A DNA stretch of 64,000 nucleotides from Sarea resinae. Its lineage: Eukaryota. Below, in pieces: positions 12,143-22,324 of the stretch (position 1 is its first letter; each line of letters begins with the position of its first letter). Made by a program: the position numbers and the translations under genes. A model generated the notes under the pieces. That model saw only the letters and a list, made by a program, of their open reading frames with translations. It was not told the DNA's origin and did no database searches. The stretch lies in assembly GCA_026026165.1 (NCBI GenBank), contig JAPEUD010000062.1, positions 62,001-126,000 of the forward strand. The letters are read 5' to 3'.

Positions 12143-15100
12143 TCAAGCCCTGCCTGTGATGTAGTCCCGATTCTCCACAGTCACACTCTTCGTCTGTTCA
12201 ATGTCAGTTGGCCAATCATCTCAGGTGATTTTTCAGGCACGAGAGTCTTACCATATGATTTACTTTATACACACCCACAAGCCGAGAGGCAAGCTCAAAC
12301 TAGAGCTAAGTCAGCTACAACATTTCCATTCACGTAGTGGGAGCATTGCTTACCATATTGTTCCTTAAGGAAATGACTATGAATTGCGCATTCTTCGTCC
12401 GCTCCTTGATATAGCTCGCAACGATCGAGACCTGCAAGCATGATACCGTCATTACATGACGACTGTGTATGGCATGATATCAACTTACATTGCGGAAGTC
12501 CAATGCGGCATCAATTTCGTCCATGACGTATAGCGGCGTGGGCTTGTAGTGGTGTAGAGCAAAGACAAGGGCCAAGCTGCTCAACGTCTTCTCGCCGCCA
12601 GAGAGGTTCGAGATATTCTTCCAAGATTTCTTCGGGGGCATAACGCTGAACAAAATCCCCTCGGAGAAAGGATCAAGCGAGTCGACGAGTTCCAATTCAG
12701 CATTGCCTCCCATTGTAATCATTTGATACATCTCCTTCAATCGTAGCGAGATCATACTGAAACCTTCCATGAAACCCTCGAGGCGAAGCTTGCGCAAGTC
12801 GTCGCAGCGTTTCTTCGCTGTGTCTCGGGACGTTATGGCGGTCTGTAGGTCGTTACTCCTGGCGGCGTGCTCCTCTACCCGTCGTCGATATTCGGCCAGC
12901 ACACCAACTTCGATATTTGCATTTTGCGTTCGTTCTTCCAGAAGAGCGATCTCTCCCTTCAGCGTGTCCTTGTCGAGATCCGCAAGCTCATCTTTGGAGT
13001 ATATAGGCAGCTCCTCTGGGCTCTCTTCGTCGCCGAGATCACTGACATACATTAATGCATGTTCAAATGAAACGTGTCGTATACGTACCTGACACTCTGC
13101 AGAGAAAGTTTACTGAGCTTCTCCTGCCAGTAACGGCCCCGCTTCTGGTTCTCCGCCAGAATCTTTTGATTCTCCTCGAGTTTATTCCGCATTTCGATCT
13201 CGACAGCACGGGTTCCATTCAGCTCTGCGGTCTTCTCATCGAGCTCAACCTTAAGAGCTGATAATTCTTCTTTGCTTGATTCCAGAGCCTATTTCCGTGT
13301 CAGCAGACAGAACAGACAAATAATGAGCATCGTCATACCTCCTGTGCCTCCTCAGCTCTCTGCTTGGAGCCAGATGTGCTATCGCTCTGAGCCTTAATTT
13401 CGTCTGCCAACTTCTCTAATTCTTCCGCGACGTTCTCAAGCTCTTCGTCCCCCTCAGAACAAGCTTTCTCGTGTTTTGTCTTCTGCTTTTCGGCCTTGGC
13501 TTTGGCAATCTCTGCAAGTGATAGCTCTTCGCTGAGGGTATCAATCTGCTCCTTCAAACCGTCTACCTTGGCCTTCTGTCCTCGTAGCTTTACACCGCCA
13601 ATCTCCATGATTTTGTCCTGTAATGCCTTGATTTCCTCCTCAACGCCTGTTGTCTCGCTACGCAGCTTACTGACGTCTCGCTCAAGGCCAGAAATTTTCT
13701 TCTCAAGAGCTGCAATTCGACTGTCATCGGTCTTTGATGGCTGCAGCTCGGCCCCTAGCTCTTTCAACCGACGCTGGGCATCTCTGAGGTTACGCTCCGA
13801 GCTCTCAATATCTAGAGCAATTTTTTGAATCTTGGTCTCCATGCGAGGGATTTGATCATTCACATTTTTCAAAGCCACCTCGATCTCTCGCTGCTTCTCC
13901 TGAAAAGACTGGAAAGTCTGCTCCAGAGTATCACGATCTTCCTCCAATTTTGAGACCTGCCCCTGAGATGTCTCAGCTGCAAGCTTTGATGACATGCCGC
14001 CCTTGGCTACCCTGGTTCCACCTCCGCTCATCGTTCCGGACTTGTCAATCAGCTGGCCATCCAATGTAACAACTCTCCAGCGCTTCGCGCCATATGCAAT
14101 GCGATTTGCTTGAACCAAATCCTTCGCAACCAGTGTGTTTTGTAAGACACTGAAGAATGCAGGTCGAAACCTATCATGCTTGGCTTTCACTAGATCGAAC
14201 AACCTTGGGACTTTTTCGGGAGTGTCGATAGCTGAGAGATCTCTTTGTGCCAGTCGGTCAAGAAGAATGAAGTTAGCCCTACCAAGATTATTTTTACGCA
14301 GATAATCAATACACTGCTGGCCAACTTCTACTGAGTCGACGACCAAGTTGTCCAAAGATGGACAAGCTGTCGAGATGGCGACATCGAACTTTTGATCGAT
14401 AGTGCCCAGGTTGCCAAGACGTCCATGAAAGCCATCAATGCGGCCAGACTCCTTTAATCGCATTAGACCAGCGAGGACACTGCCTTGATTCTGCGTGTTT
14501 GCAAGGCTTGCACGAGCTTCATCTGCTTTCTGCCTTGCGCCTGACACCCTCGAGCGCATCTCAGGCTCTTTCTGGGCAAGCTTATTGAGCTCGTTCTGCA
14601 GACGATTGGCTTCGTCCTCCAGGCTTGCTTTCTCAGATTTGCACCCTTCCAGTTCGGTAATCTTGGCTTCCTGTCCTTCATGAATGTTTTTGATCTTTGC
14701 CTTGACTTCCTCCAGAGCAACCGCGCCAGAATTCGACTTCTCGCGCAGAATATCCAGCTCACTTTGAGCCACTGCAATTGCGGACTGCTTTTCGTTGATC
14801 TTATCATTCCATGGCTCTAATGACTTTTGCTTCGTAGCTATCTGATCCGAGAAAGCCTGGGTCTTGCCTTTGAGGCTTTCGCGAATAGTGCCAAGCTCTT
14901 CCTCTTCTGCTCGCATACTCTTTTCTAGAACGGTTATTTCCGACCCATTCCTCTCAATGTCATCGGCAGATTTTTCGATTAAGCTTAAGGCTTCTGAGGT
15001 CGCTAGGCGGCTGCTTTGTATCGATTTCTCGAGTTTCTTTTGCTTTCCAAGTAAGAACTTTCTCTTCTCCTCGAACTTGACGTTTTCCTTGTCCAGCTTG

Positions 15101-16644
15101 GCCATCTCCTTGAGGATGGCTTGGGTTGTCTTTTCAAGATTTTCGTAAGCTTTAGCCCCTTGCTTATACTGCTTCCCTAGTTGGCGAATTTCATCCTCGT
15201 TCCCTTGATGCTTCTCCATCTCGCTATCAAGCTGGGCCTGCATCTGGGCTATAGCTTCTTCGGTGACTTTGATATTATCGCCACATTCATCGATGTAGAC
15301 TTGATAGAGGGCAGATTGTTTCGCAGCTAGCTCATTCTCGTCCCTGATGTATGCTAGGGCCTTGTTCTTCTTGTCTTCCAGATTGCTCTTCTCTTTCTCC
15401 ACGTGCTGGACCCGGCTACTCTTCTCCACGCAGACTTCATTTAGTGTCTCGACTTCGGCAGCAGACTCTTCGATTGGAGTTTTGTATCTTGATGTGCCTA
15501 TTATGTCTTCGAGGTACTCCAGAAGGCCATCGTCATGCTCATTTGCGGCTTTGGGCTTCATCTGCGCAATCGATTCAACCTCACCTTGCAGAATGAGGAA
15601 TCGCTTGTGATCTAGGTCCACCCCGCGCCCCCGCAGCAGAGTCCCAACAGTCGTAAAGTTTGACTCTTGTCCGTTGATGTAATACTTGCTAGAATTGTTC
15701 TTGAAAGCCTTGCGTGAAATGATCAGCGTTGATTCCGGAACGACTTCATGTTTTCCTCCCGGTAAGTCCATAACTTCCTGGAAGTGGACTTGCACCTCAC
15801 AGTGATCCAGATTGGGGAATGCGGCGGAATTATGGATCAAAGCCGATATCTTGCCCTGTCGCATCTTGCTTGCTCGAAAGCCGAACACGAACAACAGAGA
15901 GTCAATGACGTTCGATTTACCCGATCCGTTAGGTCCTACGACGGAAGAGAAGGACGCATGAAATGGTCCGACCTCTTGTCTCCCAGCATAACTCTTGAAG
16001 TTTTCCAGGATGAGATAAGTTATCACCGTTCTCGATTTCGGGCCCGCGGGTTCTTGTGGTGTAGGAATGACCATCGACCTTGACTTCAGCACAATGTCCA
16101 TAGGCTTCTCCAGCGTCGTTTCCAGTGGGACCGGCTTGGCACTTTCTATCTGACTATCTGCTGGATGATTTTGCTCGTTGATGGTGGCGTTGGTAATATC
16201 GGTCAAAGGGGTCGTCTCTTCAGCCGGCTCTGGTGACATGGAGGGTTTTGGTGTTGGCAACGAGGGTGGCGGATCTGACGCGACAGGAGCACGCCCTTTT
16301 CTGCCAGTCGGAGCACTGGTCTTTCTCTTTCGCGGCGAAGACTTCTTCGTGGGCGAAATCGGTTCCGGCGCAACGCTCTCTGCGGGACTGAATATCTGTG
16401 AAGGTTCGATGCTCTCGCCCGTCCTCATTCTCCTACTCCGTGCTCCCGTACGAGGTGTTGTGGGCACATCGGTCGTGCGCTTCGTACTCCGTCGCGGACT
16501 GCGTTTGGGCGCAGGGGTGAACTCTTCTTCACTCTCGTCGGCTTGCTGGACTGACTGCGATTCATCCTCGTCAGAAGATTCGACGATGACTTTCCGGCGA
16601 GTTGCCGCACGACGCGATGGTCTCGTCGGAGAGATCGAAGCCAT
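12143..16644 (-). CDS. SMC4: Condensin ATPase subunit SMC4
   Basis: Walker A VVGPNGSGKSNVID, RFLILQGEVE, long coiled coils, hinge GFHGRLGNLG...VTLDGQLIDKSGTMSGG, signature LSGGEKTLSSLAL, Walker B YVMDEIDAALD. Short 3' exons end ...ENRDYITGRA-TGA at 12143. Confidence 0.96.
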
Positions 16645-17081
16645 CACCGCGACTGTTGAGGCTCTCGGAAGACGGCGTTGGCTCCTCGGCGTTGATAGAT
16701 TGAGTCAGTTGTCGTTTGTGGGTGAGGACAAGAGGTAAACAAGGTACGGGGAAGTGTAAACACAGAAGGGAAATGGGGCGTATCGCAGTGGCGTATCGGC
16801 GCGCCTACGAGGTACGCAGTAGACAGGTCGCGCGCCGACCGTTTCGCCCCGCCAAAGCCCGACCCGGTACTTCGTACCTCGTACTTTATCTGGCAACATT
16901 TGTGTACGAAGTATACCTGACTTCCCCTCGCCGCTCTGACAGTGCAAAGGTCGAAGTACAGACTACTCCGGAGTACACCATCTTGCTCTTGCTCTCCATC
17001 TTCGATTTCTCTCTATGCAGTAGAGTACTGAGGAGCACCTCAGGCCCGCGCCCGACTTCCTCCAGCTGAACGGCTCTGACG

Positions 17082-18193
17082 ATGATCATGAAGGACTTCA
17101 ATGAGTTCGACTACGTCTTCGCATTCGATCCAGACTACACCTACACTTCGGAGACAATCGACAAGATCCTCTCCAATCGTCGCACTCTCGACCGCGAGCT
17201 CTTTCTGGACAAATTACTGAAAGTGCTTCACATCAACCAAGGTGAGAGCTCAACTCGAGGGCGCACGGGAATGTTGGTGGTGGACCATGGGGACTGACTC
17301 TGTCGTCCACAATAGCGCTGAAGCTCTATCCACCTCGGTCCAACCATGATCTTCGCACGCTGCACCATAAGATCATCTCGAGCTCGTCTCCGGACCACCA
17401 CAAGCAATCGTTGCTGTACTACATCTTGAAGGACTGCCGGGCCCCCGAAGATGCCGCTGCCTCATTCTCCGCGAAAACTTTCCTCCCCGAGAAATATGAG
17501 ATCTATATGAAAGGCCTGTGGCATCTGGACCATCTGAAGTTCGACGTAAGCCACACTCATTTCGCACGCTCAGACAGAAGCGTATACTCCCTTCCGGACC
17601 TCCTAGTTGCTGAATGAATGCAGAGCGCTCTAGAGTATCTTGCTCAACCTTCTCTTATTCCCACGTTCCCGGAAGAGATCCTTCAAGCTTTACTTCGTCA
17701 CAGTGTGAAGGGGGACCCAAGCCTTCCGTTAGCTTATTACCATACCGTTTCCCCACCTCTCAACAATGCGAAATTGCTGGAGGATTTCTTCTCGTATCTC
17801 TGCGAGATCGATGTCACCGAGGCGTTCTACTTCTCCCGATCGCAGCCGGCCAACGTCCACGAGCACCTTCTGGGACAGCTCATCTTATCCATCCTCAAAT
17901 CCGATAAACCATCTCGTGCGGACAGAGCTATGCAGCTGATCAACCTCCCGCTCAATAATGAAGAGGAGGACTTTTTCGAGCATTTCCTCCTGGAGGGGAA
18001 GGGAAAGGACGGGCCGGGTGCCAAGGACACGATGATAATGAGAAGAATGATCATGGGTCGCTTTGAGGAGGCGCTCCGAGGAAGCAGTCAATCCTATGGG
18101 AAACGTCTGGATGGGATGGATTGGAATGACATGATAGATGGCATGGAGCATGGATTAGGCCCACGCTATATCGAGTATCCTGTTTTCCCTTGA
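17082..18193 (+). CDS. ELYS-like nuclear pore assembly protein (short fungal form), 3 exons
   Basis: Spliced protein includes KLYPPRSNHDLRTLH...HHKQSLLYYILKD...MKGLWHLDHLKFDSALEYLAQPSLIPTFPEEIL...AFYFSR...LINLPLNNEEE, which resembles the helical ELYS domain as I recall it from fungal homologues. Confidence 0.75.
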
Positions 18194-18728
18194 ACCGATT
18201 TTCTCTGGTTGGAGTTTTCATGAATTTCTTCCTGTGATGAGGCAGTCATGCATCACAAACGGCGCCAATGGGTGGGTTGGCGCATCCTGCTGCTTATCTC
18301 AGTGCAAGTATTTAGAGATTGAAGCGAATATTGGTGACGGACTCTTCCATTGCGATCTCCAAGTCGCCGCTCTGAATGGAGAGCCGGAGGAGGTACTACC
18401 CGTAGTAGAGCTGTGTCCCTCTTTCGGTTAGCGCGCCGCGAAATCCTTACTCCGTACAAAAGATACAACAAAGAGATGGACGGCAGCCCATCCATGGATG
18501 GCTGGCACCCGAGCCATCGCATGCAGCTGTGAGTATCAACGAGCTCCCATAGATCTCAGGGCCATGGCAACATTCTGCGTAATGCCAATCCTAGTAATCG
18601 TTTTGCCATCGGTCTGGCAGAGCTCATGATCGACGACCTCTCTGAAGCTTCGACACTCCATGATATCTTTCCTGTAGACTCTTGGTGGCCATCATCATTC
18701 TCAAACCCTCATCCGGAGGCTCGCCAAG

Positions 18729-20889
18729 ATGGTTGTGTGCAGGTTCTTCCAGCAAGGCAGATGCAGGTTTGGAGGTGAGAATTGATACTGTTGCTGTGTC
18801 CTTGCACCCAGCCGGCATCGCCGTTCGAAGCCGTGACTTGCTGATCTCTCCTCATAGATAATTGCAAATATGAACATCCAAGACCTGCGTCGGGCTTCCA
18901 GAGCGAGAATCGCTTCTCTGTGTTCCAGAGTCCACCCTCTCAGTCCAATCCGATGAGTCCTGCGACACCGACAGACCGAGGATTTGGAGGTCGGTTTTCA
19001 TTCATTATGCGTTTACTATACTCCCTTCTGTGGCTATGACCCTCTAGTCTGTTGGAATATCTGCGATGTTTGCTGCTGTCGTCTCATTAGCTGCTTGATT
19101 ACCCTCTTGTGTTCATCTGACGTTGGGATGTGTCTCAAAAATGCTGCCTTCGAAGCATCTGCCCGCTTTCAGATATGCTCCCTCTCAACGGCACGTAATG
19201 TGCTAACATACAGTTGAACAGGAGGATCTGCTGGCCGATTACCGTACGACTCCCCAGAGCCTTAGTCGACGTCACGCTCTCTACTCACTAACACTGCTAG
19301 ATATCTACTGAGCAAAGACACCATTACTGCCGATCTTACAGGGGAATGTCCCCAGTGGATCCTATCAGCTTATGGTCCGGGAAGAGATGCTCCTGTACAA
19401 CTTTTCGGCGGTTTCCCGCGAGAGCAAAGTTTCGAGGAGATGCGTCTGCATCACTACACTGCAGCGGCGTCTGGCAATGTGGACCAAGCTGTATGGCGTG
19501 TATTTTCATCTCGTCTTTGATATGCTAATGCTCTCCCAGGTGCAAGAAGCCCAAAGCCTGATCAATAATGCACAACAGCAGATTCAAGCCACGTTAAGGG
19601 ATGTTGACGGCGCCATCAAGTTCGTCATGGACGGTATAAATACCCATCCGAATAGACATGACATCTGCTCTGGTAAGCAAAATGTAGAGTCTTCGACCTC
19701 TCAAAGCAACCCCTTTAGTAAACCTGCTGGACAAAATCCGCCCTCTGGCCCGTCAAGTACAGGCTTTGGCCAGCCGTCAGGATCGTCGGCTTTTGGTCAG
19801 CCTTCAAAATTGGGGCAGCAGCCGGCAGCATTCGGACAGCCCTCCGCGTTTGGCCAGCCATCGGCTTTAGGAAAACCCCCAGCTTTCGGTCAACCTTCAG
19901 CATTCGGTCAGCCATCTGCATTGGGCAAACCGTCTGGCTTTGGACAACCATCAGCACATGGCCCTTCCCCGCCAACTCCAATGTCTACTGGTGGTTTTGG
20001 CCAACCGAGTGCTGCATCCGGCGGCTTCGGCCAGCCTTCTACGACGTCAGCAACAGGGGCTTTTGGCCAACCGGCTCCTGCATTTGGCCAACCATCACAG
20101 CCAGGAACTTCCGGCTTCGGTCAGCCGACTCAGACTATGACGTCGGCATTCGGTCGACCATCACAGCCTTCTACTGCACCAGCTTTTGGCCAGCCATCAC
20201 AACCACCTACTACCTCGGCCTTTGGCCAGCCGTCCCAGCCGAGCGCTGTCAATCCCTTTTCGCAATTCTCGAACCCGAACCCAAACAACAACCCCGGCCC
20301 CACATCAGCAATGTCGATGACATCTGGAACAGGCTTCCCTACGCCAGCAACACCGATGAGTACAACGAGTACAACTTCTTTTGGCCAGCCAGCTCAGCCA
20401 GCGCGGTCGAATCCGTTCGGCGCGCCCTCTACAGGAACCGCCCCCCCTCCTCCTTCGCAGACGGTATCTAGTAACCAGAGTACTGCAAACGTGAATCTCG
20501 GGACCTGGCCCAAAGACTCGACGAATAACCCCACGCAATTTCCCGTCGAGATCCACGACCCAGGCGCTCCGGATTCCACACTCAAGCATCCTGACCCGCG
20601 CAGCTATAGCGTGCGCGACCCACAGAACCGGCTGCTGGTCTGGAAGTCGAAGCCGGTTTCGTATGTCGACGGCCAGCCCTGTTACAAGAGGGATGACGAT
20701 GGTTCGTGGGAGCGAATTTGGTTCCCTGATGGACCGCCGGCTTATAATCCAGATACTGAGTCGCCTCAGGAGGATTATAATCAAGAGGTAAAGGACGCGT
20801 ACCTATACTTACGAGAGCACGGCAGCTTCAAAGATGGTATAATGCCGGAAGAACCGCCGCGGCGGGAGTGGTGCAAGTGGGACTTCTGA
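18729..20889 (+). CDS. AMO1: CCCH zinc-finger FG-repeat nucleoporin (Amo1/Nup42/NUPL2)
   Basis: Exon 1 MVVCRFFQQGRCRFG and exon 2 DNCKYEHP form a CCCH finger. It continues with PQWILSAYGPG...EQSFEEMRL, many FGQP(S) repeats, and a C-terminal F..GIMPEEPP motif. The true start is upstream of the ORF-track call. Confidence 0.85.
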
Positions 20890-21193
20890 GTCTGTCGGTC
20901 TTCCGGTGTTACTTATTGATGATCGGAGCCAGGAGAATAGTCGTGTACGAAGTAGAAGCTCATAAAGGCTTTGGTGGTGTTAGAGGCGCGGCACGGATTG
21001 AAATTTCATGATGGTCTTAACAACTAGCATTTTTACGGCGCATAAAGGAAGAGAGGGCTACAGGAAATTGTCACATCGTATCTTGTATAATTTTAGAACG
21101 TGTAAAACATCTTTGCATTTTTATACCGGCGACACCCAAAAAAGAGCATGCTCGGTTGACTGCTACATAGCTTGTAAAACACAAGTTCTCCGT

Positions 21194-21704
21194 CTAAGCA
21201 GCAATGGTGACCTCAACCTCGACACCGGCCTCGATGTTGATGATGATCTGCTTGACGACCTCGGTGGGCGCATTCAAGCTGCACACACACTTCGTCAGCA
21301 CACAATGTTGTCTCAGAATGCCCGAATATAGCACTTACTCAATCAGACGCTTGTGGATTCTCATCTCAAACGTATCCCAGGTCTTGCTACCCTCGCCGCA
21401 AGGGGTCTTGCGGGTGGTGACCTTCAGGCACTTGGTGGGCAGACGGACGGGGCCCTTGATGCGCAGGTCCTTGGACTTGGCGCGTCCGATCAGCTCCTGG
21501 CAGACCTTCTCGAGCGCCTGCACCTTCTTCGAGGTGAGCGTGATGCGGATCTTGTGGATCTTCTGTAGCGTGCACGGGATGATGTCAGTCAATCTGCGGC
21601 CTCTGTTGTCATGGGGTGTCTTCATCGATGGATGAGCGCGCCCGGGGGTAGTAGGAACGAACCGGACCCTCGCCGAAATCCTTCTCGGGCTTTTGGTAAG
21701 ACAT
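21194..21704 (-). CDS. RPS20: 40S ribosomal protein S20 (uS10), 3 coding exons plus a 5'-UTR intron
   Basis: [25 protein letters not shown]...[38 protein letters not shown]|...[16 protein letters not shown]. Confidence 0.96.
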
Positions 21705-22324
21705 CTTTTTGATAGCTATCGATGCGCGGGGATAAGTTAGCCCCTCTCTTTCTCTTGTTATGTGCTCGTTCGAAATGTCGTTCTTCACAGATGAAGGATA
21801 GATGGCGGGCTAGAACGTACTGTCGTGGGGGGGACAATGCCAATCAAGACCTGAACGGCGTGGTTCGGTAAGGTGATGAGAGGCTGTTGAGGGTGACGAA
21901 GGACTGAATTGTCGTCGTTGTCTGTCGTTGCGATAGATAATTCTTCTCTCGAGATCGTCAAATTCAATGTGGGCGTCGCAGTCTTGGCACGTTAGGGTAC
22001 ACGCACAAGCGAGACGCTTTACCGGATGGGGACGCACTGCGCTCTACTTCGAGTAGCTGTGAGACTACGTCATGCGAAACGAGCCTTTGAGGTCGGTGAC
22101 ATGGGGTGTTGACGATATGATTCACACCGAAATATTCTCGGAATGGTCAGGCCTACAGTTGAAGATGCCATGAACGGATAGGAGAAGGCTGGGAGAAAGC
22201 ATTCAGACGAAGTCTGGAACGAGCAAGAGAAGAGACTCTTTAGAGAACCTGGAGAACTTCAGCATCATCATCATCATCATCATCATACTCCACAACATCC
22301 ACAACCTCCACAACCTCCACAGCC

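Noticed and set aside
18290..18515. TPP riboswitch-like GGGTGC...CTGAGA on the minus strand
   Set aside because: Lacks the downstream GAAC(C/T)TGAT...ATAAT...GCG core and is not in a thiamine-related gene.
19760..20250. Regularly spaced ~18-33-nt repeats resembling a CRISPR-like or satellite array
   Set aside because: They encode the FGQPS repeats of the nucleoporin AMO1.
21565..21662. C/D snoRNA in an RPS20 intron (CGATGA ... CTGA)
   Set aside because: The C box is imperfect, the span is too short, and the CTGA is the intron branch site.
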